DNA of 64,000 nucleotides from an uncultured Acidobacteriaceae bacterium. Its GTDB lineage: Bacteria; Acidobacteriota; Terriglobia; Terriglobales; Acidobacteriaceae. Below the pieces are notes generated by a model. The model was not told the origin of the DNA. It did no database searches and worked only from the letters and a program-made list of their open reading frames with translations. This document shows positions 37,366 to 46,990 of the stretch, piece by piece. The stretch covers positions 32,371 to 96,370 of the forward strand of contig CAVQAM010000003.1 in assembly GCA_963710585.1 (NCBI GenBank). The letters run 5' to 3'. How positions within the stretch are numbered: the first letter of the stretch is position 1; each line of letters opens with the position of its first letter. A program made the position numbers and the translations under genes.

Positions 37366-37407
37366 GGATTTTGAGTCCGCTGCGCCTGCCAGTTCCGCCA
37401 TCCCGGC
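37366..37407 (-). repeat. tRNA-Leu(CAA) 5'-half copy (repeat d), orphan
   Basis: 42 nt equal to 30057-30098 except one SNP (GCAGGCGC vs GCAGACGC). Downstream sequence cannot form the variable arm, T-arm or acceptor. Confidence 0.7.
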
Positions 37408-37840
37408 CTAATCGGAAGGCTGTGATACAGCTTAGTTTAGCAGCTTCGCATTTGCAATCCGAGTCGGTACGTGGGTTGATTTCGTGACTGATGGTCGCGA
37501 TCCCGACCGTATCGGCCTCTCGCTGCTTGTAACACGCAGGACATTCTTAATGTCGTTCACCACGGGCCGGCTCCATGATGAAGCTGGCTGCTGCGCGACA
37601 TGATGTCCCATCCTGCCTGCTTTCAGCCGTTTGAAGGCGCTTGTAAAATGTGCGCAACCGCAAGAGAAATGGCGGGTGATCCCAATTTCTTCTTGACATT
37701 TCCACAGCCGGGCGTAGCATGAAAGTATCACCTCCGATCCATTTCAGGATCGAATGGGCCTGAGGCCAAGGAAATGTCACCGCTCCTTGGCAGCAGGCCC
37801 ATTTAATTTCCCCCGGTTTCGCCGGGCCCTGAAATCAGCT

Positions 37841-39199
37841 CTACGCGCAAGTAGAATTGAGCGGCCCGCCGCAAGCTTTCAGCCAGTCTTGTAATTCCGC
37901 TAACGCCCTTTCGCAGACCAATGCGTGGCGTTGCTTTTTGTCGCGGATGCGGCGGCGCGTGGCTTCGTCAAGCGGCAGCAACAGATCAAAGGTAATGTTC
38001 GCGGGCTGGAAATGTTTCGCTTCAGCGTGGCAGATGTAGTTCAACAGCGCACCAAAGGCGGTGGCGCGCGGAGGAGCGACGGGCTCTGTGTTCAGCGCCA
38101 GGGCGGAGGCTTGCATGCCTGCAAGCAATCCGGTGGCGATGGACTCGACATAGCCCTCGACGCCGGAGATCTGCCCGGCGAACAGCACGTTGGGATGCTG
38201 CTTCATCTGCAACGTTTCGCGCAGCAGTGTGGGGCTGTTGATATAAGTGTTGCGGTGAATTTGTCCGTAGCGCAGGAACTTCGCGTTCTCCAGGCCGGGG
38301 ATGAGGCGCAGGATGCGCGCCTGCTCGCCGTACTTGAGGTGGTTTTGGAAGCCGACCAGATTGTAGGAGTCGGCGCGCAGATTTTCCTGGCGCAACTGCA
38401 CTACTGCGTACGGTGGGTGGCCGGTGCGCGGATCGCGCAGGCCAACCGGCTTCATCGGCCCGAAGCGCAGGGTGTCGCGGCCGCGCCGCGCAATCTCCTC
38501 GATGGGCAGGCAGCTTTCGAAGTAGTTCAGCTTCTCCCAATCCTTGGCGTCAACCGAGTGCGCTTCCAGCAGAGCGTCGAGGAAGCGGTCGTATTCTTCC
38601 TTCGTCATCGGGCAGTTGATGTAGTCGGCGGTGCCCTTGTCGTAGCGCGCCGCCCTATACACCCGCGACATGTCGATGGAATCGGCCTCGACGATGGGAC
38701 TGATGGAATCGTAGAAATACAGTTGCTCGTTGCCGCTCAAGCGCAGGATTTCACGCGTCATTGCCTCCGAGGTGAGCGGTCCAGTTGCGGCAATCGTGAT
38801 CGCAGCGTTCTCGTCTATGGCAGTGACCTCTTCGCGCACCACCCGGATGAGCGGCTCGCGCTCGATAGCAGCGGTTACCGCCTGGGAGAATTTGTCGCGG
38901 TCCACGGCGAGCGCGTGCCCGGCCGGGACCGCGGTCTGGCGCGCGATGTCCACCAGCAGCGAACCGGCACGGCGCATCTCCTCTTTCAGCAGCCAGGGCG
39001 CGGTGTTCTCGGTATCGGACTTCAGCGAGTTGGAGCAGACCAGCTCGGCGAAGTTTGCACTCTGGTGGACGGGCGTCGAGCGCAGCGGCCGCATCTCGAA
39101 CAGCTCGACAGCGACGCCCCGGCGGGCGCATTGCCAGGCGGCTTCCGAGCCGGCCAGTCCGGCGCCGATGATGCGAATGAGATTGGGCATTGGGCGCAA
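37841..39199 (-). CDS. trmFO: Methylenetetrahydrofolate--tRNA-(uracil54-C5)-methyltransferase TrmFO
   Basis: 452 aa; FAD motif IIGAGLAGSEAAWQ; typical TrmFO/Gid length and motifs. Confidence 0.9.
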   Translation of the reverse strand: MRPMPNLIRIIGAGLAGSEAAWQCARRGVAVELFEMRPLRSTPVHQSANFAELVCSNSLKSDTENTAPWLLKEEMRRAGSLLVDIARQTAVPAGHALAVDRDKFSQAVTAAIEREPLIRVVREEVTAIDENAAITIAATGPLTSEAMTREILRLSGNEQLYFYDSISPIVEADSIDMSRVYRAARYDKGTADYINCPMTKEEYDRFLDALLEAHSVDAKDWEKLNYFESCLPIEEIARRGRDTLRFGPMKPVGLRDPRTGHPPYAVVQLRQENLRADSYNLVGFQNHLKYGEQARILRLIPGLENAKFLRYGQIHRNTYINSPTLLRETLQMKQHPNVLFAGQISGVEGYVESIATGLLAGMQASALALNTEPVAPPRATAFGALLNYICHAEAKHFQPANITFDLLLPLDEATRRRIRDKKQRHALVCERALAELQDWLKACGGPLNSTCA

Positions 39200-39275
39200 G
39201 AGTGTATGGCCCTGGAGCTATTATAGGGTCGAATTCAGCAAACCCTTAGACGGGCAACGGTAGGCTGAAAAAACT

Positions 39276-40265
39276 CTACTTTCGGGTCAGTAGGGGATTC
39301 TTGGAGGCAGACTGAACGAAACGCAGTGCCTCCTGTTTTGCTGCTGTAACCTGTTTGGGTGTCAGTCGTGCTTCCAACTCCTCGGCCCTGCGCTTCCCGT
39401 TGGTACTGCCGTAAGCAGCCGCGAGAATGTAATACATAAAAGCTTTCTGCTGATCTGCTTTCGTTCCTTTTCCTTCCGCATAGAGATTGCCCAGAGCGAG
39501 CAAAGCGTCCAATTGGCCGCCGTGTGCAGCTTGGTCGTATAGCTTTTTTGCCTTGGCTAGGTCCTGAGGGACCGTGGTCCCCGTCTCGTAAGCCATCCCC
39601 AGTTCGAAGACGGCTGGCAAGTACCCAAGGTCCGCGGAGTGCTGTAGCCACTTCAAGCTCTGCTCTTTGTCTGGTTGCACTCCGATTCCCTGGGAATACA
39701 AATATGCCAGCCGTTCGCAGGCCAAACCGGAGCCCGCATTCGCAGCCTTGGTGTACCAGTGCAATGCCTGACCAAGGTCTTGCTTGATTGGCCCTCCCCG
39801 CAAGTACGCGGAAGCTGTCAATGCTTCACACTGGACAATGCTATCCGACTTTTCATTGCGGCGAACGCGTTCGACGGCCTCCTGTCCGCGGGTGTCACCC
39901 GCATCGGCTGCGAGCATAAACGAGACGCAGGATTCCTCGTCGTTGATGGCAACACCATCGCCGTTATAGAACGCCGCACCTAGATTGAAGTAGGCCTTCG
40001 CATTGCCCTGTTGGGCCGCTTTACGAAACCACGGCAGGGCTTTCGCCGGATCTTTCTCGACATCGATGCCCAAGCAGTATCTTATTCCCAACTCGTTCTG
40101 TGCAACCGGATCGCCTACTTCTGCTCGCTTCGTTAGTTCGGATATGGACAGCTCGCCCACCAGTTTGTCGGGCGACGACGTTTGTGCCAACGCAATGACA
40201 TTGCCCAATGGGAGCAGTGCGAGGAAAATGAGTACGGAGAGTAGAGTCTTAGCTCTTCGATTCAT
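39276..40265 (-). CDS. Sel1-repeat (TPR-like) secreted protein
   Basis: Signal peptide MNRRAKTLLSVLIFLALLPLGNVIALA, then at least 6 Sel1-type repeats (..A..W..KAA.QG...A...LG..Y..G.G). Start set at ATG 40265. Confidence 0.75.
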   Translation of the reverse strand: MNRRAKTLLSVLIFLALLPLGNVIALAQTSSPDKLVGELSISELTKRAEVGDPVAQNELGIRYCLGIDVEKDPAKALPWFRKAAQQGNAKAYFNLGAAFYNGDGVAINDEESCVSFMLAADAGDTRGQEAVERVRRNEKSDSIVQCEALTASAYLRGGPIKQDLGQALHWYTKAANAGSGLACERLAYLYSQGIGVQPDKEQSLKWLQHSADLGYLPAVFELGMAYETGTTVPQDLAKAKKLYDQAAHGGQLDALLALGNLYAEGKGTKADQQKAFMYYILAAAYGSTNGKRRAEELEARLTPKQVTAAKQEALRFVQSASKNPLLTRK

Positions 40266-40456
40266 GGCGGCTCGAAACCCAACCATAGAACAGCCAATCG
40301 TTGCGCGCACGTGCAGAATTGTTTTTATCGGTGCATAGCGCCCATTTTGGGAACTAACCTGGGACAAACACAGAGGAGATCGCGACGACCTATGTGCCCC
40401 ATGGGCGCAGCTGCGCCAACGGCGAACGCCCAGGCGGGCAGTGCGGATTACTCGCC

Positions 40457-42688
40457 CTAAGGCGTGAACTTGACGTTAATCTGCGTTTCCGCCTCGACGG
40501 GTTGCCCATCCAGGTAATAGGGCTTGTAGCGCCACTGTTTCACCGCATCTATTGCCGCCTGGGTCAGCAGGGGAGGGCCGCTTAACGTGTGCAGGTTGCG
40601 CACGCTGCCATCCTTCCCAATGAGGGCCTGTAAGACCACCGTTCCCTGAACGTGCGCCAGCCGGGCCTGCGGGGGATACCGCGGCGTGACTTGGTGGACT
40701 AGCAGACCTTGTGCCACGCCCGAGGAAACCTGGATCTTCGGTGCGAGTTCGGGTCTCGCTACGGGGATGCCGCTGATCACGCTGCTTGGCACCTTGCTGG
40801 ATAAGCCGCCGAGGTCCGGCGCTGCAGGCGCGGCGTCAGGCGAAGCTGCCACCGGCTTGGCATCGTTTGCCGCGATCGTCAAAGGAGGTTGCAACACATC
40901 GTTGGGCCTGCCGGCTTGCTTATCGGCCCCGGCTGCCGAAGCTGGCTTGGCAGCGGCATTCTGATCTTTCGGCTCGGCCTGATTGTCGGCCGGCGGCTTC
41001 GGATTCGAATCGGCGGCCATTACGGATTGGTCCTGAATGTTGTTCTGCGGATTGCCTGGCGTGAGGTCAGGGGTCTTGCTCACGTTGGCGCTCACCGAAG
41101 CGGTGCGAATATGGTTCCTGTGCGACCTCCACAGCATGGCTCCCAGCACAGTCAGCACCAGGACCGCCGCAACGGCCAGCAGCATCCGCGATTTCCCCTC
41201 AAAAAGCTCTTGAACTCGGGTCCTGATGTCGGAAGTCGTCGTGGGTGTGGCGCTGGCTTCGCGGAAAATCTCCGCGGTGAACGGCAGCTCCATCGGATGG
41301 TCAGCGACGGCCGGTTCGGCGCTGGCTTCGCGGAAGACCTCCGCCGGGACGGGCGGCTCCACGGCATGCTTCATGCGGCGGACCGGGTCCGTGACCAGAC
41401 CCTTTATGCTGTTCAGCAGCGCCGCCTTCTGCGCTGACGCCTGTTGAACCTCTTCTTCGGTCGGCGCTGGGATTACATAGTCGGGCGTGAGTGTCTCCGG
41501 CTCCAGCACCGATTGAGATGTCTCAGCCGATTGAGAAGTCTTCATGGAGTGTGGAACTGGGGACACGCGGCGCCACTTGGAGGACTTCCTTGTCTTCAAT
41601 TTAATGGGTATGGGGCCCGAGGACACAATCGTCTCTTCAAACCCGTTGGTTTCTGGTCGGGATGGTTCTGGATGCGTCTCCGGCGGGGATGGTTCCGGAT
41701 GCGTGCTATCCGCAGACCGTTCCGCTTCCGGCGGAGTTTCCGGAGCAGGCGATCCGGCAGCTATCCACATGTCGGGCTCTAGATTGGCCACAAAATCATC
41801 GAGGTGGGCAAATCCATCCCGAAGCGTCTGCAGGGATTCAGCGTCCTCCGGCTCTTTCAAGCCACACGCCCACTCGACCCAGCGGTCTGCTTCAGGCCCC
41901 GGCAGAGTTTGCGGTGCTCCCGTCCCCTCGGCCTGCGACCGTAATTCTTCGATCGCTTGGTCGCGCAGCTGATTCAGCTGAGTCACCCGGAATGCCCGAT
42001 GGTGCATGATACTGCCGCGCTCCAACTCCGTCGCGAGAGCCAAGAGACGGGAGCGCAAATTCTTCTGGGCTTCTTCCTTAAGGAGTGCCTCAAGTTCCAT
42101 TTGCCTCCGTGATGAGGCGTCGGGCACCGTCCACATGTCGGGCTCTAGATTGGCAACAAAATCATCCAGGTGGGCAAATCCATTGCGCAGAGCCTGCAGC
42201 GATTCAGCATCTTCCGGCTCTTTCAAGGCACACGCCCAGGCGACCCATTGGTCAGCTTCAGGGCCAGGCAGAGGTTGTGGGACTGCCTCTGGCGCCGCCT
42301 GGGACCGTAATTCGTTGATCGCCTCGTCGCGGAACTGATTCAGTTCATTTACACGCATTGCCCGACGGTGGACAATGTTGCCGCGCTCCAACTCCGTCGC
42401 AAGGGCCAAAAGATGGGACCGCCGTTGCTCTATATTCCTTGCTTCTATAGTCTTCCGTATCTCTTCAACGAGTGCGTCAAGTTCCTGCCGGTCCTGCCAG
42501 GAGGCCTCGGGCAGCTCCGACAATACCAACTCACGTACTAGGCGAGCAGATTCTGCGGCCGTGTTTAGCTGCTCGATGACTTTTTTGACGTCGACGGCCA
42601 GGCCAGCATTGAGTTTTCCCAAGCTTTCGCAAGGCAGAGTCAAGGAGTCGTCCAGAGACGCAAGCGCAGGAAGCCAGAATGAATTCAT
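40457..42688 (-). CDS. TonB C-terminal-domain protein with long cytoplasmic N-terminus made of a duplicated unknown module
   Basis: Module 1 aa 1-188 and partial module 2 aa ~195-308; TM LLAVAAVLVLTVLGAMLW; Pro/Ala-rich spacer; TonB_C (VTPRYPPQARLAHVQGTVVLQALIGKDGSV...YKPYYLDGQPV). Confidence 0.75.
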   Translation of the reverse strand: MNSFWLPALASLDDSLTLPCESLGKLNAGLAVDVKKVIEQLNTAAESARLVRELVLSELPEASWQDRQELDALVEEIRKTIEARNIEQRRSHLLALATELERGNIVHRRAMRVNELNQFRDEAINELRSQAAPEAVPQPLPGPEADQWVAWACALKEPEDAESLQALRNGFAHLDDFVANLEPDMWTVPDASSRRQMELEALLKEEAQKNLRSRLLALATELERGSIMHHRAFRVTQLNQLRDQAIEELRSQAEGTGAPQTLPGPEADRWVEWACGLKEPEDAESLQTLRDGFAHLDDFVANLEPDMWIAAGSPAPETPPEAERSADSTHPEPSPPETHPEPSRPETNGFEETIVSSGPIPIKLKTRKSSKWRRVSPVPHSMKTSQSAETSQSVLEPETLTPDYVIPAPTEEEVQQASAQKAALLNSIKGLVTDPVRRMKHAVEPPVPAEVFREASAEPAVADHPMELPFTAEIFREASATPTTTSDIRTRVQELFEGKSRMLLAVAAVLVLTVLGAMLWRSHRNHIRTASVSANVSKTPDLTPGNPQNNIQDQSVMAADSNPKPPADNQAEPKDQNAAAKPASAAGADKQAGRPNDVLQPPLTIAANDAKPVAASPDAAPAAPDLGGLSSKVPSSVISGIPVARPELAPKIQVSSGVAQGLLVHQVTPRYPPQARLAHVQGTVVLQALIGKDGSVRNLHTLSGPPLLTQAAIDAVKQWRYKPYYLDGQPVEAETQINVKFTP

Positions 42689-42697
42689 GTCAAGCTC

Positions 42698-43279
42698 CTA
42701 AACCGGAGTTTCCGTTTTGACTGTCCACATGCCGGACTCTAGGTTGGCGACAAACTCATCCAGGTGTACAAATCCATTGCGAATAGTCTGCAGCGATTCG
42801 ACATCGTCCGGCTCTTTCAAGCCACACGCCCAATCGAGCCATTCGTCCGAGTCAGGGCCCGGCAGAGGCTGTGGCGTTGGCTTCCCGGCCTGGAACCGTA
42901 ATTCGCTGATCGCCTGATCGCGGAGCTGAGTCAGTTGGTTAACCCGGACTGCCCGACGGTGCACAATACTGCCGCGCTCCAACTCGGCGGCGAGGGCCAA
43001 AAGACGGGAGCGCAGTTGTTCTATCTGCCTTGCCTCCACACGTTTTTCGATCTTCTCCAGCAGGGCGTCGAGTTCCTGCCGGCTCTGCCATGCGGCGTCG
43101 GGCAACTCCGCTAATACCAGCGCACGCAGGTTTCGGGCCGATTCTGCGGCCATCTTAAGCTCATCGATAACTGCTGCGATGTCGACTGATTTGGCGGCTT
43201 TAAGTTTTTCTACACTTTCAGCGAGCTGGGCCAAAGAATCGTTCAGAGACGAAATTGTGGATGGCCACAATGAAATCAT
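42698..43279 (-). CDS. Stand-alone paralogue of the TonB-linked N-terminal module
   Basis: 193 aa, collinear with aa 1-190 of the downstream gene (e.g. LPGPDSDEWLDWACGLKEPDDVESLQTIRNGFVHLDEFVANLESGMW). The upstream leader CATGTCAAGCTCCTAA.CCGGA is also duplicated. Confidence 0.6.
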   Translation of the reverse strand: MISLWPSTISSLNDSLAQLAESVEKLKAAKSVDIAAVIDELKMAAESARNLRALVLAELPDAAWQSRQELDALLEKIEKRVEARQIEQLRSRLLALAAELERGSIVHRRAVRVNQLTQLRDQAISELRFQAGKPTPQPLPGPDSDEWLDWACGLKEPDDVESLQTIRNGFVHLDEFVANLESGMWTVKTETPV

Positions 43280-43976
43280 GTCAAGCTCCTAAGCCGGAAT
43301 TCTGTTTTCGGCTCATAATAGCGCAATATTATCTCACTGAAGGGGTAACTTGTCAGTGATCTTCCTCACACCCCTCCGACGCCCGTCCTGGCTCCGTTCC
43401 CCGCACGCTGCCGAGGGCTTCGCCCGCACTCCCCAGTGTGCGCTTCGCCCCCGTACGTGCTCGCGCCAGGCCCTCACACTCGGTTACTACTTGGTTATTT
43501 GAGGAGACCGATTTCAGATCGCTCTCCCCTTTTCCCTCGACAGCGGTGCCGTTCAAAAGTGCACAGCAAAAAGCTCAGCCTCTCAGGTGAGTCACAGGCT
43601 GAGACTCACCCGCAAGGAAATCATCGGAAATTGCTGGAAACGCCTTCTCGGGGTATCTCCTCTGAGGATCTCTGCGGGGTAACCTGCCCTACCGCAAACC
43701 GATGCACACTGCGCAGCAACAGCAATACCGCTGCCATCAGGTACAGACAAGTTCCGAACCCTTGGGAAATCAACCAAGCGGCGGAACATGGTGCAATTAT
43801 GTGCGTGGTTCGGATGACCGTCTATGACGGCGGTCATACAAGGTACACGAAGGTAATCGGGGAAAATGGTTACTGTTGATCGCTGTCTGCGACGGCTCCC
43901 CCGGTTTGACCCGCGATTCTCCTGCCTGTTAGACTGGATTTTTCCCACCTCATAAGACACCGGATAAGGACTCTTC

Positions 43977-44690
43977 GTGCGCAGTTACACTCGGCATCAA
44001 CTTAAGCAGGACTCGTTCAGGACCTCGACCACCGAAACCATCTCCTGGGCGGTGGAGCACCGCTCCAAGGTCACAGCTGCCGTGGTGGCCGTAGTGGTGG
44101 TTCTCGCCGTTCTCATTGGCGGCTGGGCCTACATAAACTATCGCGACCAGCAGGCCAGCAGTGAACTGGCGGGAGCCATTCAAAAGTACAACGCTCCCAT
44201 TCGTCCCGCCGGCGAGCCCGCAACCCCTGACATGTTGAGCTTTGGCTCCATCCAGGAACGCGGCAAGGCTGCCAATGCCGATTTCACTCACATCGCCGGC
44301 AAGTACTCCTTCACCCAGTCCGGACGAGTGGCCCGCTACTTCGCCGGCATAACGCTGCACGAGATGGGCGACAATGCCGCCGCGGAGAAGGACCTGAAAG
44401 AGGTGGCCGACAGCCGCTACAAAGAGATTGCCAGCCTGGCAAAGTTGGCCCTGGCTGCCATCTATCACGACACCAACCGCGATCCCCAGGCCATCGAAAT
44501 CTACAAGCAGCTGGCCGACCATCCCACCCTTTCCGTGGGCAAGAGCACGGCCCAATTTCTGTTGGCCTCGCTCTACGAGGAAGATAACCAGCCCGACCAG
44601 GCCCGCAAGCTGTATCAGCAGATGGCGAAGGAGAACCCCTCCAGCCAGGCGGCACAGATGGCTAACCAGCGATTACAAGCCCTTAAATAA
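43977..44690 (+). CDS. Membrane-anchored TPR protein (YfgM-like)
   Basis: GTG start; N-terminal TM AAVVAVVVVLAVLIGGWAYI followed by TPR-like helices. Family assignment is tentative. Confidence 0.5.
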   Translation: MRSYTRHQLKQDSFRTSTTETISWAVEHRSKVTAAVVAVVVVLAVLIGGWAYINYRDQQASSELAGAIQKYNAPIRPAGEPATPDMLSFGSIQERGKAANADFTHIAGKYSFTQSGRVARYFAGITLHEMGDNAAAEKDLKEVADSRYKEIASLAKLALAAIYHDTNRDPQAIEIYKQLADHPTLSVGKSTAQFLLASLYEEDNQPDQARKLYQQMAKENPSSQAAQMANQRLQALK

Positions 44691-44745
44691 TAACCGAAGT
44701 CTGTGGCCCGCCTTACTAAGAGCGCAACCGAACCGGCGTGTGCAG

Positions 44746-46647
44746 CTATGGCGCGAAGTAGCTGGAGATGTCGAGGATCAATTGCGTGAGCCCCGACGCA
44801 TAAGCATCGACCTCTCCGTTGGTGCTGGGCACGATTGCCATGTTGGACGAGATCGATCCGTCCAGTGCGTTCAGCGTCGAAACCACAGGCTGGACGGCGC
44901 CGTCCGGCCACAGCGTCAGATAGCCGAGCGCGCCTTGCGGCACCACGCTCGCGTTGAAGACATAGGCCTGCGCCAAACTCGATGTTCCACACCCCGTGGC
45001 CGCCACATCCACCGGAGAACTCAGGACTCCGCTGAAAGGCTGACCGTTGCCTACATGGCGAGTGTCGATGACGCGACAAGGCTGTACTCCGTAGAGCGAC
45101 AGTCCACCCTCACTCGCCGGGGCGAAGTAGCCATTGATGTCAACGACCAAGTCGGTGTCGTTGGTCGGGTAAACCGAGACACTACCACTCGTGCCTGCAA
45201 CCACAATCGCGGCGTTGGCAATGATCGCCCCGGGGATGTCGTTCAAAGTGGAAACTGTAGGCCGCGGCTCACCTGTGGGCCACACCGTCATGTAACCCAG
45301 CGGGCCGTGGGGCACAACCGAGAAGTTCAGCGAGTAGGCTGCTGCGCTGGAAGGAATGTTGCAGGTCGTGGCATTTAGGATGGGGAATTGCCGTTCCTGG
45401 CCGCCGGTCAGCGACGGCGGTCCCAGGCCTTGAGGATAACCGCTATGACGCGTGTCGGCGACCCGACAGGGCGGCAGAGGATAGAAGGCCAGCGTGGACG
45501 ACGAAACGGGCGCGAAGTAGCCATTGACGTCGACGATCACATTGGTGGTGCTGGTGGCGTACACGCTGATTTCTCCGCTGGCGCCCGCCGGAATGATCGC
45601 TGCGTTGGCCTTGATGCGGCCATCCAGCGAGTTCAAGGTGGAAGCCAACGGCCGCGGCTGTCCCGCGGGCCACACCGTCAGGTAGCCCAGAGATCCGTTT
45701 GGCACGGACAGATGAGAGGTGTCCACACGTCCCAAGCCGCCGATAAAGAACTCATCCTGGCCTGCGGGCGGAGGGGTTGGCGAATCCACATCTCCAGGCA
45801 ACAAGCTGTAGTCGCCGCCAGTGAGCTGGACGCACTGCTGTTCCGCCGAGGCGTCCCCAGCCAGCAGCTTTACGCTGTTGTAGGCGCAGATTTGGGAACC
45901 TACAAAGCCGCTTTTGTTGACTCCGAAATTGTTGTTCGCCTGGAAGTAACCGGTGGGCCAAACCCCGATCTTCTGGTAGTCGGGGAAGCCGTTGCCGGGG
46001 ACCGAGAACTGGTAAACATAGTAGTTACCGGTTGCGTCGGCGCTGGTAGAGACTGCGATGCACATGGCATACGGAGAAACAAACACGTTCTGGAAGAGCA
46101 ACCAACGATGCGCGACCCTGTCCCATTTCACAATGGGGTCGCCGGAGTCGTGGAGAGCACACAACGATCCGGGGATGCCCGACGCCCAAAGGGAATTGCC
46201 GTCGAAGGGTCCAATCAGCGGGTTGCCACTCTTGTCGAATACCTCCCAAGAGAGGTTCACATACTCGATGAGCTGAGTGTCGCCCACCGCCATGTCAGTG
46301 TCGGGAGGAGCGACCCTCATGATGAAGTTGGGGAAGCCGTTGCCGAGTCCAAGGACATTGATACCCGTCGAATAATTGGCCGAGCTTCCGGCAGCGTTCT
46401 GTTCCACGCGGTCCACAACGGAAGCAGGGGGACGCATGGGGATGCGATTGACCGGGTTGGCCTCATGAAATCCATATTGCGGTGCGCGCGGAAGTTTGGC
46501 CAAGTCCCGCAGAGGCGCCGAAATGCCCGAGGCAACGGCATGATTGACGGTGAGCTTCGGAGAGTTGTCCTGCGCGGTAAGCGGCACGCTAAGGAACAAC
46601 GCCAGCATGCCCACGACGGGCGTGGACAGGTGGAAAATCTTGGTCAT
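44746..46647 (-). CDS. Secreted protein with three tandem ~105-aa C-terminal repeats ending NGYFAP
   Basis: Signal peptide MTKIFHLSTPVVGMLALFLSVPLTAQ (ATG 46647 after GAGGATGGG). Repeats LGY(L/M)T(V/L)WP.G..RP..STLN......N.AI......G..S.Y......L..D..GYFAP occur three times. Confidence 0.6.
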   Translation of the reverse strand: MTKIFHLSTPVVGMLALFLSVPLTAQDNSPKLTVNHAVASGISAPLRDLAKLPRAPQYGFHEANPVNRIPMRPPASVVDRVEQNAAGSSANYSTGINVLGLGNGFPNFIMRVAPPDTDMAVGDTQLIEYVNLSWEVFDKSGNPLIGPFDGNSLWASGIPGSLCALHDSGDPIVKWDRVAHRWLLFQNVFVSPYAMCIAVSTSADATGNYYVYQFSVPGNGFPDYQKIGVWPTGYFQANNNFGVNKSGFVGSQICAYNSVKLLAGDASAEQQCVQLTGGDYSLLPGDVDSPTPPPAGQDEFFIGGLGRVDTSHLSVPNGSLGYLTVWPAGQPRPLASTLNSLDGRIKANAAIIPAGASGEISVYATSTTNVIVDVNGYFAPVSSSTLAFYPLPPCRVADTRHSGYPQGLGPPSLTGGQERQFPILNATTCNIPSSAAAYSLNFSVVPHGPLGYMTVWPTGEPRPTVSTLNDIPGAIIANAAIVVAGTSGSVSVYPTNDTDLVVDINGYFAPASEGGLSLYGVQPCRVIDTRHVGNGQPFSGVLSSPVDVAATGCGTSSLAQAYVFNASVVPQGALGYLTLWPDGAVQPVVSTLNALDGSISSNMAIVPSTNGEVDAYASGLTQLILDISSYFAP

Positions 46648-46990
46648 ATTCCCATCCTCAATTCTGTACATCGTTCTCTTGATTTGGCGGCTGGCTTCAG
46701 CGGCCAAGAGCGGGCTGGGTGACCCAACCCACACGCGGCTCCACGGGGCCCAATAGCCTCGAGAGATCGCATTCCCTCTCAGATTTATCGGCGCAACGTG
46801 TCTCAACATGAGTGCCGGGCCCAGCAACCTTAGGCAGGAACGTTGAAGCGGCATCCTGACAATCCAAATTCCTTACGCCCATGAATACCCGCGGTTTAGA
46901 GCTGGGCCAGGGCAATTCCAGAGTTCCTGTAACCGGGGTTGGGTGGAGCACGCCTCAGTCATGCATCCCAAGGCCGCAGAAAAAGGCGAG

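Noticed and set aside
37432-37780. Two overlapping minus-strand ORFs (99 and 77 aa) between the tRNA half copy and trmFO
   Set aside because: They have no RBS or motifs, their composition is atypical, and they overlap each other in different frames. The region is left as non-coding.
37925-39226. 433-aa plus-strand ORF
   Set aside because: It is antisense to trmFO, which has unambiguous motifs.
44428-46722. Two long plus-strand ORFs (316 and 444 aa)
   Set aside because: They are antisense to the secreted repeat protein, whose frame has a signal peptide and three conserved repeats. The plus-strand frames are Arg/Gly-rich shadows.
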